From: Mayamaea pseudoterrestris
Lineage: Eukaryota
Direction of reading: 5' to 3'
NCBI GenBank assembly: GCA_027923505.1
Contig: BROI01000006.1
Span: 930,001-994,000 of the forward strand
DNA: 64,000 bases
Made by a program: the position numbers and the translations under genes. Shown piece by piece: positions 35,352-45,623 of this stretch (position 1 is the first letter of the stretch; every line of letters starts with the position of its first letter). The notes beneath the pieces are model-generated. The model had not been told where the DNA came from and did not search any database. It saw nothing but the letters and a program-made list of their open reading frames with translations.

Positions 35352-38054
35352 ATGACTACTACGTCATTGAGCAATCAACTGAATGCTGCGGCGCGAGAAC
35401 AAGAGGAAGAAGAAAATTGCAGTATTCAACGATCACTGCACTGTCGGCAAAGCCATGGATTGAACCAGATTGCTACATCTCCAAATCAAAAGGATGAGAG
35501 CCGCCAAAAGCTTCCAGCTAGTGGTGGAATCTCCATGGAAAGCAGCAGCAACAATGGGCACTTCGCCGTCAGTACGGCGCCATTGACGCCACCTCTATAT
35601 GAATCGCACTCTTCCCTTCAGAGTCAGACGGAGGAAAATGCATTTCTGGAGGAGCTGAATGACTCATTGACGCTTGACCAAATATGGCATTCCGACTTGC
35701 TTGATCAAGCTGCGGCTACTGCAAATGGGACGGCAAATGCTACTGGAAATGCTCAAAGTAAAATTGCTGGAGACGAGGCCAATATACCTGCCACTCCAGT
35801 TGCAACGACGAAACCAAAACGCAGAAAGCAACGCATGACTGAGCGACTCGATAAGCGTTCGCAGTCGGCTCCTCAACTCGGCAGTGACGACGATGAAGAA
35901 AGCTTTGATTTTAGCGAGGTGGAGTGGAAGGATCATGACGTTGCGGCAAAGTCGGCGCTGCTGGGCAACAAGCTTGAAATGATTTCAAAGTATGCGGCTG
36001 GCGACATGTGCGGAATGACGAGTCATAGATCGCCGACGACGCCGCCGTCATTGAATTCAAAACGATTGTCGAATCAGCTGCGTGCTCGTGCACGCCGACA
36101 ACACACCAAGACGTTGTACTCGTCTGACTCGGATTTAAGAAGACGACACCAAGGTGGAGACGATGAGAAACTTGACAAAAGTCCCCCGTCGGCTCGACCA
36201 AAGATGGAAACGAATCGCAAAAAGATCAAGCTCCGCGCATGCGACTTGGGGCTGACTTCTTTGAAGAACATGGGTCCAGCGGCTTTGCAGGAGGCCATTG
36301 CCAAGTGGAAGGATGAAAGTGGGCACGTTGGTGTCGTCAAGAGCATTAAAGTGCAAAAAGTCAAGGACGACGTGGCTGATAGCGCTGCAGCGGAGCAGCA
36401 AAGGCGGCGCGCACTGGAGGAGAAGCTTTGGTCGTCCGGTTTGGAAAAGGTTCCATCGGACGAGCGGTCTCGTGCGCGCAGTATCAGCAGCGAAAAGACT
36501 GTCAAGCGCAGCAACAGCGCCACTCGGTCGAATGCGCGGAGGAGCCTACTGGACAAGTTAAATGGGAAGACATTAAAAAGCAACCAAAAGCGAAACGCAA
36601 TGTCGCCCTATGGTGCCTTGACCAAGGCTGGCCTGCGGTCAGTTGGGTCGCTCGATGATTCATTACACGGTCGGCAACTTGCGTCGGAAATGCAATTAAA
36701 ACGACCGGAGCGATCTGCCAGCGAAGATTTAGTCAAGTCGGCTGGCGAAATAGTAAGCGAAATTGACCAGAAAAGCAAGTCTTTGCTGGCATCGCCGAGA
36801 CGAACATCAACGAGTGACCCTGTGAAGCAAGTTGGACCGGCGGTCTTGTATTCACCGCAGCTGATTGTTGCTCCATTTGAAGGTGGTGACGGAGCAATTT
36901 CTTCAGTCACTTGTTCCAAAAAAGGCATGAAGATTCGGCGGATAAAAGATCCGCCAGCGATACCGCCATCGCCTGTTGGTGCTTCATTGAAATTACAACT
37001 GCCCAAGCAGCTCCCGCTTGCAGTGACGGATGAGTGGAATGATTCCCAACGACAACGAGCAAAGTCAATGACAGAATCGAAGCTTAAACAAGCTGTGGAA
37101 AGGACACCAATTGCCAACACCAAGGCACGTCTGCGTTCGAAGTCAACAGGAAGACATGAGAAACAGCCTTATAAAGTGACTAGCGTGAGCACTGCTACTT
37201 CTGGTCGCAAGGTCAAGGACGACGTGAACCAGGAAATTGAGGAATTGACACCTCGAAGGAGGAGTACCTCAAATTCGCGGTTGGCTGCTAGTTCGAAAGA
37301 TGGCGATGCGAGACGAGGCCGTAGCGTAAATGGTGACGGTATTCAGTCTAGCGACAATAAACCAAAACGTTCCGTCTCCGCTGGGCGAAAGCAAGCGGGA
37401 AGCACATTGTCTGAAAAACGAGATGGATCTGTTCAGCTGATGCCAAAGAAGCCATCGACAAGAGATGCTGATGAAACAAGGGGAAGATGCGAAACTTCGT
37501 CAAAGATGTTACGATCTCGCGGTAGATCGGCTGGACCTGCGCCGCGAGCAAGCCAAGAACCTAACACTTTCCAGAAAAACGAGAAAAAGCGAAGCAAGAG
37601 TGTTGTTACCTTTAACAAAATGGATATGGAGGATCGAATAACTGCCAAAGCTAACAAAGAAGTGCTAGGAAATCGGCCCCCAACGCGCCAAGCGGCACAC
37701 TTCCGGTCTGATGTAGGAGATTTGCTACGAAGTCCGTTTAGAGCCGTCAAGGGTGCTATACGCAGAGTGACAACAAAAGGTAAAATCAATTCCGACAACG
37801 ATGCACCTGAGTTACCCGTAGCAGTTCGCATCGATCAAGCGCCGCCAAGTAAAGTGCCGCAGTGTATGGATGATTCTAATTCTACAGACCCTGCCAGCGG
37901 AGCCAGTATCTGTGAGCATCGTCGGTGGTCAGACTTTTCACAGTATGGAGACGACGTGAAGGCGAAACTTGGGCGTGCTGGCGTTTCAGAAGATATGATT
38001 GAGTCCTTGCGGCGAATGGGGCTAATTATAACGGATATAGGTGGAGATGCGTAA
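35352..38054 (+). CDS. Ser/Arg-rich low-complexity protein, clustered family member 3
   Basis: About 900 codons from the first ATG (35352). C-terminal GVSEDMIESLRRMGLIITD. Confidence 0.84.
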   Translation: MTTTSLSNQLNAAAREQEEEENCSIQRSLHCRQSHGLNQIATSPNQKDESRQKLPASGGISMESSSNNGHFAVSTAPLTPPLYESHSSLQSQTEENAFLEELNDSLTLDQIWHSDLLDQAAATANGTANATGNAQSKIAGDEANIPATPVATTKPKRRKQRMTERLDKRSQSAPQLGSDDDEESFDFSEVEWKDHDVAAKSALLGNKLEMISKYAAGDMCGMTSHRSPTTPPSLNSKRLSNQLRARARRQHTKTLYSSDSDLRRRHQGGDDEKLDKSPPSARPKMETNRKKIKLRACDLGLTSLKNMGPAALQEAIAKWKDESGHVGVVKSIKVQKVKDDVADSAAAEQQRRRALEEKLWSSGLEKVPSDERSRARSISSEKTVKRSNSATRSNARRSLLDKLNGKTLKSNQKRNAMSPYGALTKAGLRSVGSLDDSLHGRQLASEMQLKRPERSASEDLVKSAGEIVSEIDQKSKSLLASPRRTSTSDPVKQVGPAVLYSPQLIVAPFEGGDGAISSVTCSKKGMKIRRIKDPPAIPPSPVGASLKLQLPKQLPLAVTDEWNDSQRQRAKSMTESKLKQAVERTPIANTKARLRSKSTGRHEKQPYKVTSVSTATSGRKVKDDVNQEIEELTPRRRSTSNSRLAASSKDGDARRGRSVNGDGIQSSDNKPKRSVSAGRKQAGSTLSEKRDGSVQLMPKKPSTRDADETRGRCETSSKMLRSRGRSAGPAPRASQEPNTFQKNEKKRSKSVVTFNKMDMEDRITAKANKEVLGNRPPTRQAAHFRSDVGDLLRSPFRAVKGAIRRVTTKGKINSDNDAPELPVAVRIDQAPPSKVPQCMDDSNSTDPASGASICEHRRWSDFSQYGDDVKAKLGRAGVSEDMIESLRRMGLIITDIGGDA

Positions 38055-38095
38055 ATGCAAGTGATGAAATTATTGTAACCATGGTTTGCAAACTA

Positions 38096-41000
38096 TTAAG
38101 ACTCTGTTATCTTAAGTCCGAGCTTATGCAGCCGCGTAAGTTGATCTTCCGTGATTCCTGCTAGTGCAACTTTCCTGAACATGGGGTCCTCTGTTATTTC
38201 ACTGACAGTTCTTTCGGGAACATGGCGGTAGTCTTCGTAAAGCGGAATCATGAGCTCTTTTACACCGACGCGGTAAGTCTTGGTTCGTGTTTTTGCTTCC
38301 GGTGGACGGGCCACTGGGGTCGAAAGGGAATCAGATGTACTTCCAAGATTTGTAGATGATTCATGTTGATTATCAGTCTTGCTGGGTGTTACCATTGCTG
38401 CTTTCGCTGATGTACTTTCAAAATGACGCATGAGACGAGGCAAATCTTTTATGGGCGACAAATTTGTAACTTCAGCCGTAAGATCCATGTGTGAACCTGA
38501 GATATCATGAGAGCAAGATCCACGCGACAATTGCAGCCCTCCTCTATCATCTTTTGCATAGTTGGAGCTTGTTGTCGACTTTCTCATGCGCGATCCGACA
38601 AAATCATAGGAGAAGTCACTCGAAGATCCGGTATGACCATCGTCTTGGACTTTGCTTTCTGAATGCGGCGGTGGACTACTTGTCGTGGTGCCATTGCTAT
38701 GATCCACTTGGGATGTTCTCTTGTCTATACTGCGTCTACTTTTTGATCTTGACTTGCGAACACTTTTGACACTCGTCTCCATTCCTTCTTGATAGCCATT
38801 GTTCTGTTTGTCGGGTGATCGAATTTTATCCTTCTCTATACCACGAGGAGGATCCAGCGTATTGTCCTTGCGGCCGCCGTTGCTTGAATCACTTCTGCCC
38901 GAACTCTTCGACATATTCGCCGAAGGATTCAACTGTTTGCCAGGATTCAAAGATCGGTTCCCGGTGCTCCTCCCTCTACTCTTTTTAACTTCCGTAGAGT
39001 TGCCCTCAAAAAAGACGGATGCCTCTTTCATCTCGGCTCTGTTCTGATGCGCGGTCCACTTCTTCCATGCATGTTGTACGATCGCAGGATTCATTTCGGT
39101 GGAAGATAACCCCAGGTCGCTCGCTTTCATCTTGATCCGCTTAGCTTTTGGCTTTTTTCCCGATGACTCATGCGCAGCAGCTTTTTTAGACATGGGATCA
39201 ATATCGGCACTGCAAACAGACTTTTGACGGCGAAGCCGGTTTGGTATCAGGGAGTTGTCCACCAGCATAGGTTGTAGTTCCGCAGGACAAAGGGTTTGTC
39301 GCCGGCTTCCAGTGGGCAATCGAACGATAGTTTTCGTCTTGGACGTCGATAGTGTCATTTCATCATTGAGCAAACCAGGTGCGCTCTTTGACCTAGCCAT
39401 GCTATTTCGACGATCAGCTTTCCATGAAGGCGACGAGTCCACTTTGCCTTCGACGCGGCTGCATCTTAAGTTTAAGGTCGAACTATGCATAACAAGTGTC
39501 CCTGGCTCAGGAACGTATCTCAGCGGATTTAAAGAAACCGAAGTTGTTGATGGAAATTCTTTATCAGCATTCATTTCGATAGAGGCAGCGCAATCCGTGA
39601 GTAAAGCAGCCAACGAGGAGGGATCCTCATTAACCTTTGCTCGCAAGAGAACCGACGACGGAGGCAAAGTGGGTGTCATATCCTGGACGAGTGAATTGAT
39701 GTCTGATGCCAAGGTTGTCATGCCGCCCGGTGAATTGAATACCGAAAGCTTATATTGGCTTTGCGCATCGTGTAATTTCCTTGGTAGGATGCGCATGTTA
39801 CGCGGTTGCCCAATGGACTCGTTTAAATCTGCTTTCTTGTCAGGAAACTCCTTGTCTTGTCTTATATCTGCCGTCTGTGCTTTACGGACTGCTGGAGAGG
39901 GATCAATTGCAGGCTGGCTTATCCTGTCGTCACTGGTCAACAACTGCGATTGAGCAAAGCCTTGACGAACATATCCTGCTTTTAAAAGCATTTGTATCCC
40001 TTGGCCCTGCTCACTTTTATTGCTCTTATTCTTTTGAACATGCAAATTGTTTGCAAGGCTTATGCTTTCGACCTCATTTTGCTCCTGGAATGTCAGTTTC
40101 GTAGGGACTGAGTGTTGCTTCCTCAGACCACGTTCCGTCCGGCGCATATTCCTGCTTCCACTGAGCGAAGCCGCCACGGACTGTTGCTTCCGCCTACGAA
40201 CTTTCTTGTCCGGTGAAGTCATAAGCTGCGACGTTGATGCGCTCAAATACGGCAATTCACCGAAAGATTTAGTGTTATTATTAACATTTTTTGCTGTCAT
40301 GCTACGCTTCTCCGCTTGCGCAGGCGTCCATAGAATCTCCGCAGCTTGAGCCGCATCTCCTTTGTTCGCCTCCGAAGCCATTCCATCTGCTGGGGCCCAG
40401 TCAATATCAGTCGATTCCTCATGTTGCGTGCTGACGGCATCACTACGTGGCGCAGCGACATTATCTTTAACCTGAGTCCGCCGACATGTTGTATAGGAAT
40501 CGGTAGTCGCTGCTGGCAATTTTGTGTCAGGATCACTATTTCGTTCTTCCAAATGCCGCAAGGCCAGCGAAGCCTCAGACCCGGGCGAGAAAACCATACC
40601 ATACAAACTCTCGTACAGCGCAGCATGGGATTGCTCATCATCCCCTGTCGGAGAAGCCTCCTGTAGCAGGTCACACAATGGAACCGGTGGCAGATTGAGC
40701 GACGACACCGTAGATTTCTCTTGATAGGTTGATGGCGTCAAAATCCCAAGCGTTGCCGTCGTAGCGCTTGTAGCGTCAACCATTGAAGCATACGTGTGAA
40801 GGGAGTGTAACTGTAGCTCGGAAGATTCCCCATCACTCATGGAGGCAAATGTATGCTGCGACAGTTTCAACATTGATGCCGGTGACCAGACAATGTCAGA
40901 AGCGGATACATCGGCAAATGTTTGCGCGTCATTTGCCGCTGTTGCCGCCGCCGCTGCCTCATGCTTCGCACCAACCTTCTGAAAATACGAATGCAAAGGT

Positions 41001-42082
41001 TGCGTTTGCGACTGCAATGTTGAAAAGGACTGGCGTTTCCTTGCATAGTTGCTTGCTCCATGCTGCATGTTGGGCACTGACATCTGCTTGGCCATTCGCT
41101 TTGACTTGGCTGGCTTGCTGTCGGTAGCCGAGGCTTGTCGAAACGATCTACGAGCACCTTCTTTGACAGGAATAGAACTATGTTGCATGGAATCTCTTCT
41201 CTCCGGCAAGTGTGGAGCTGATTGCTGCTTTTTCATGGATTCGCGTAACAATGCGCGTCCCTTGGTTGGAATAGACGTAGGCGTTGAAAAAGGTAACGAG
41301 ACTCGAGACCCTGTCGACGACTTATAGCTCGCCGCCTTGTTTGTAGCAATCGTTGTAGTCCCAGCAATATCTCTCTTGGATGCATCTTTAAAAGAACGAT
41401 CACAAGCGATCTGGATATTCGTTCGAGCTTCACCTTTGCCAATTCTATTTGCTGCGGCACTCAACGACCCTCGCCGCAGTGGCGCCTTCAATGAAAGGCA
41501 CGAGGAAGAATTCCTTCCTGTTACAGCAAACAGGTCTCGCTGGCTCAAGGAAATATGCTGCGCCGACGAGAGGACCACCTGTGGGCGCTCGCAGACGCTA
41601 TCAAGCTCACTGACGGTTGTTTCGTCCAAATCAATCATAATGTTTGGTCCGCAACTCAGCTGAGTACTGGAGGCTGTATTGTGCGAGGATGGTTCCTTTC
41701 GTTCGCATTTGTAGTCTAGAATGGGTGTTGATCCATACAGGTGAAGCATCTTTGGCAAAGATTCGTCATCAACTTCGGCTGCAGCTGATTCGAGTTCAAC
41801 CCCCGCCATGCTTGCTTCTTCGATAATCTCGTCTATTTCTGCTTCCAACCGCCGAGTCGATTTAGGCTGTATACATTCGTCAAGTGAAGGACTAACAACC
41901 GAAAGAACCTGGTCCGTTTCAGTTGGAGCAGTATCTTGCTGCGGCTGAGGATTCATGGTCAAGGCGCGACGTAAGTTGGTGCGGCTTAGAATGCTGCCCA
42001 GTCGCCATTTCTTGGGCGATTGGGTGCTGTCGGCAGGCGAGTGCATCAAGTCGCTTTGGCTATTTGACATCCACCAATCCAT
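38096..42082 (-). CDS. Ser-rich low-complexity protein, clustered family member 4
   Basis: About 1328 codons from the first ATG (42082). C-terminal GITEDQLTRLHKLGLKITE. Confidence 0.85.
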   Translation of the reverse strand: MDWWMSNSQSDLMHSPADSTQSPKKWRLGSILSRTNLRRALTMNPQPQQDTAPTETDQVLSVVSPSLDECIQPKSTRRLEAEIDEIIEEASMAGVELESAAAEVDDESLPKMLHLYGSTPILDYKCERKEPSSHNTASSTQLSCGPNIMIDLDETTVSELDSVCERPQVVLSSAQHISLSQRDLFAVTGRNSSSCLSLKAPLRRGSLSAAANRIGKGEARTNIQIACDRSFKDASKRDIAGTTTIATNKAASYKSSTGSRVSLPFSTPTSIPTKGRALLRESMKKQQSAPHLPERRDSMQHSSIPVKEGARRSFRQASATDSKPAKSKRMAKQMSVPNMQHGASNYARKRQSFSTLQSQTQPLHSYFQKVGAKHEAAAAATAANDAQTFADVSASDIVWSPASMLKLSQHTFASMSDGESSELQLHSLHTYASMVDATSATTATLGILTPSTYQEKSTVSSLNLPPVPLCDLLQEASPTGDDEQSHAALYESLYGMVFSPGSEASLALRHLEERNSDPDTKLPAATTDSYTTCRRTQVKDNVAAPRSDAVSTQHEESTDIDWAPADGMASEANKGDAAQAAEILWTPAQAEKRSMTAKNVNNNTKSFGELPYLSASTSQLMTSPDKKVRRRKQQSVAASLSGSRNMRRTERGLRKQHSVPTKLTFQEQNEVESISLANNLHVQKNKSNKSEQGQGIQMLLKAGYVRQGFAQSQLLTSDDRISQPAIDPSPAVRKAQTADIRQDKEFPDKKADLNESIGQPRNMRILPRKLHDAQSQYKLSVFNSPGGMTTLASDINSLVQDMTPTLPPSSVLLRAKVNEDPSSLAALLTDCAASIEMNADKEFPSTTSVSLNPLRYVPEPGTLVMHSSTLNLRCSRVEGKVDSSPSWKADRRNSMARSKSAPGLLNDEMTLSTSKTKTIVRLPTGSRRQTLCPAELQPMLVDNSLIPNRLRRQKSVCSADIDPMSKKAAAHESSGKKPKAKRIKMKASDLGLSSTEMNPAIVQHAWKKWTAHQNRAEMKEASVFFEGNSTEVKKSRGRSTGNRSLNPGKQLNPSANMSKSSGRSDSSNGGRKDNTLDPPRGIEKDKIRSPDKQNNGYQEGMETSVKSVRKSRSKSRRSIDKRTSQVDHSNGTTTSSPPPHSESKVQDDGHTGSSSDFSYDFVGSRMRKSTTSSNYAKDDRGGLQLSRGSCSHDISGSHMDLTAEVTNLSPIKDLPRLMRHFESTSAKAAMVTPSKTDNQHESSTNLGSTSDSLSTPVARPPEAKTRTKTYRVGVKELMIPLYEDYRHVPERTVSEITEDPMFRKVALAGITEDQLTRLHKLGLKITES

Positions 42083-43338
42083 AATTTCGTTTCTTTCCGC
42101 TATTTGCAAAAGGGCTATGTCGTCAATGCAGCTTGCTGATCGGATTTGTTGTACGAGTAGCTTCAAGGAGGGATCGGACTGGCTGAGCTCTGTTTAAAAG
42201 CTTTATGAGAGCATGCACTATCCAATCATATTTTTGTTCCCAAATAGGTTGTAGCTGTTAGTTGCTGCGTTGGTCCCTTTTTACTGGTAGACCAAGCCAT
42301 CTCATGTTGCAGCATTTTTTCACGAGCAAAGCAAGTCCAACCTTTCGCCACGCCACTTTTCATCATGCCATGCTGGCTTCGATGGATCAATGGGGCAATA
42401 CTCGCTGGTCATTTTTAGGTGTTTTATCAGTCGTGCCAAAATCTTAGAACGTCACAACGTCAGAAGGAGGACAAGTTGCGACTGGATAGAGAAGATTGAA
42501 TTGTTGACGCCAAGAATGGATTAACAGTAAAAAATCACTTGATGAACTATGTTGGTATACTTGGGGAAAACAAGGAAAGAGACTAGGAAGTCGGATGGGC
42601 AACCTTGCTCCAAATCGTCGTCATTATGCGGATCATTGCGAATTGACTTGACAAGTTCCTCGTCAACGACCATCGACCATTGGCATTATAACAGTCAACC
42701 TTGAGTCAAGTTCTATACATTTCGCTCGGATAACATGGCAATGGATTTTTTGCAAGACATGGGATGAATGGGTACATGGCCTGGAAGTTGGAGCGGGCCC
42801 CATGCCGGTCGTTTGTTCTTCACGCAAAGGTGCTCCACTGCTCCATTAATGGATGTGTACGACTTGATCAGTATCTACGCGTCTACGCATCGGATGGCAG
42901 AATCAATGTCGTCGCGGCTGTCGCACCAGATTTGACTGCCAGTTCAAGCCAGCCATGATAGCAGAAGATGGGGGTCCACGGTCCACTAACACATACTGGA
43001 TAAGTGCGGTTCCACCCGTGGCATCCGTGGAGTGCGACGCGAATGGATGAACGATGTTACGGAGAGTATTGGACGCCTAAGTTTTGGGAGCGACTTGCAG
43101 ATACCATGCCGGCGAGTTAAAACGTTGGCGTTTTATAAGGGGGGAATTGCGATGTATATAATATATCATCTTGGTCTGTTGCGCGCTAGGCAGCCCATAT
43201 TTTGTCTTGTTTGTTCTGGTTTGGCATCGAGATTCGCAGTATTTATGTAGACTACAAATACGTTAAGCCAACCGATATGTAAATGCTACATAAGCTTAAT
43301 CAATCATTGGTTCAGCGAGTCGAACAAGCCCACCAACA

Positions 43339-44847
43339 CTACTCACTCACCTCTTGGATGCTCACCAACTCTGCTGCCAGCCCCTCATGTATAAGACTTC
43401 CAAGCGCCGCTGCCGCTGCAACTGCTGCTCCGTCGATATCGCAAGGTTTTTCTTCGTCATTCTCAAGTGCCTGAATAAAGTACATGACTTCCTTATCGTC
43501 GCCTGGCATTGCGTTTGCGATTGGCGGAGACTTGGCAATTGAATGACAATCATTATGCACTGGTAAGCCTTCCTCTTCCTGGCCAAACATGACCGTAGAG
43601 TCACTCGCGAAAGTGAAAGAATTAAGCATCTCATTGTGCGCGTCTTGATCATTAGCAGCATACACATCAGGATCATCATTCGCCTTCTTCTCCTCCCCAC
43701 TTTCGATCTCATCGACAGTAAGATTTGCCGCTGCTACTGCACCCGTAATCAACGCAGATTGCGATCCATTTGCATTTTTCAAAGATGTTTCTAGTTCATG
43801 GCGAGCGTACAGAAAGCTCTTGAAGGCTTGTTCAAGATGGAGCTGCGTTGCAATCAAGTATTTATTCGAACTTGAGTGTGCGAGTTGGCACTGGTGAAAA
43901 TTTGCCGAAAGCTTGTTAATGCTTATATTCAACGTATCAATCTCAGTGTCTTTAAGCTCCAAGACTTCTCGTAGCGCATGAACATGTTGCTGCGACTGTT
44001 GTAGATCACTTTGCGTTTGTTCAAACTTGTGCTCGAGCTCTCGATTCTTCACCTTCCATGTTTCTTCTACCAGATGAAAGGCGTTAATGATTGTCTCCTG
44101 CTCGGATAACTGCGACGTCAAGTTCAATATTGTTCCAGTCAATTTGTCAGCTTCTCCTCGTAAAACGCTGTGTCGCTCATGTTCCACTCTGATATCGTCG
44201 TCATGTTGCTTCCGCATCGCCTCGAGCTCATTGGCATGCTCCTGCTCGACTTGCTCTAACTCGTTTTGATGTGTCAAACGGACCGCCTGATATGTTTCGG
44301 TTGCCCGCGTCAAGCTCTCCAGCACAATCTTTTGATCGTCATACTCCAAAAGCTCCGTTTCATGCAACACATCCAGAGGAGTCCGTCCCGATTGATCCGC
44401 CGCTTGTAAGGCGGAAACATTGGCGGCAATGAGTAGATTCACAACTTCCGGAGCCGCTCCACACTCCACGGCCAGATGCAGCGGCAAGGATCCAAACTGC
44501 GTCGGCTTGGATGCACTCTCGGAAAAGACGCTCAACAAGTGACTCACGAGCCAGGCTGGTGCCTGCCGTCGACAAGCTTCGTGAATGGGGAGTCGTTGCC
44601 AGACGCTCCAGACAAAGGTTGTTCCAATCGTGCCAGTGCTCTTGATCCACGTTCGGACTTGGCGAGGCGACTCCTTGGCAATGGAGAAGGCAAGCTTCCA
44701 ATTGCTTTCCTCAATCGCGGCGAATAGAGGACTTCCGCTGTTTTCGTGGTAGAATGCGAATTGTTCCAAGACAATTTCTTCGGTGCCGTCGTCATTTTCT
44801 TTGTCGTCACCATTGCGATTGTCGTTCGCTTGTCGAATGGATTCCAT
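43339..44847 (-). CDS. Ankyrin-repeat plus coiled-coil protein
   Basis: Ankyrin-type motifs SPLFAAI, RLPIHEAC, SLPLHLAVECGA and GRTPLD, followed by a long heptad-rich segment. Confidence 0.85.
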   Translation of the reverse strand: MESIRQANDNRNGDDKENDDGTEEIVLEQFAFYHENSGSPLFAAIEESNWKLAFSIAKESPRQVRTWIKSTGTIGTTFVWSVWQRLPIHEACRRQAPAWLVSHLLSVFSESASKPTQFGSLPLHLAVECGAAPEVVNLLIAANVSALQAADQSGRTPLDVLHETELLEYDDQKIVLESLTRATETYQAVRLTHQNELEQVEQEHANELEAMRKQHDDDIRVEHERHSVLRGEADKLTGTILNLTSQLSEQETIINAFHLVEETWKVKNRELEHKFEQTQSDLQQSQQHVHALREVLELKDTEIDTLNISINKLSANFHQCQLAHSSSNKYLIATQLHLEQAFKSFLYARHELETSLKNANGSQSALITGAVAAANLTVDEIESGEEKKANDDPDVYAANDQDAHNEMLNSFTFASDSTVMFGQEEEGLPVHNDCHSIAKSPPIANAMPGDDKEVMYFIQALENDEEKPCDIDGAAVAAAAALGSLIHEGLAAELVSIQEVSE

Positions 44848-45344
44848 TATCTAAAACGCTAATGTATAGCTGCAGCTACTTTCAACAATAAGATGTACCG
44901 TAGGAGCGAATCGTCGTTTGCGATGTTAGACACGGATGATGTTGTATGCGTTGATGCGGCGGCGCCACACGGAATCATCGAAACTCATAATCCTTGACGC
45001 CATTCACCACGCGGACGTAACACGACGGAAACTTGTAATGTTCGCTCCTCCATGCCAAGCGTGTCGGAGACGTTTCGAAAAAGGTGCTTGGTGGAACGCG
45101 TGATGAACGTTGCCGTCACGCTTCGATGAGAGAAAATAATGTGAGCGCCAAACGGCTCATGCGTTCCAACCGCCACAGCCACTTTGCTCTCAAGCGATCG
45201 AAAATTACGGTCGGTTTTCTCGTTCAGCTTAAAAACAATCCAGATTGCTTTGACCAAATTTAATTTAATAATAGATGATGGTCAGCTTTCTTTTAGGAGC
45301 AGCAATCGAATGCATGGTGGTTGTTTCAAGACGCTATTGCGAGC

Positions 45345-45388
45345 AAGCCTGGACGTTCGACGAAGCCTGGACATTCGACGAAGCCTAG
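45345..45388. repeat. 18-bp mini tandem repeat (about 2.4 copies)
   Basis: AAGCCTGGAC(G/A)TTCGACG at 45345 and 45363, partial at 45381. Confidence 0.7.
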
Positions 45389-45623
45389 ATAAAACAGCTG
45401 GTCATTTTTAAAACGTCAATGACGTTGTGGCAAGACTCGCGGAGTGTGACGATGGGTTGCAGTTTCGCACAATGGCCATGAACAAAACGGACTGGACCGG
45501 ACTGCTTGACATTGAAATCATACCCTCAGATACCGTCGTAAAAGCCAAGTAAGCCGATAGATCCATCACACTCAGTACGCTACATCTGTAAAGCCCGTCA
45601 GTACAAACGACCCTTTTTCTATC

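Noticed and set aside
42430..43250. Possible pseudogene in the long intergenic region
   Set aside because: Only short ORFs with no identifiable homology by eye.
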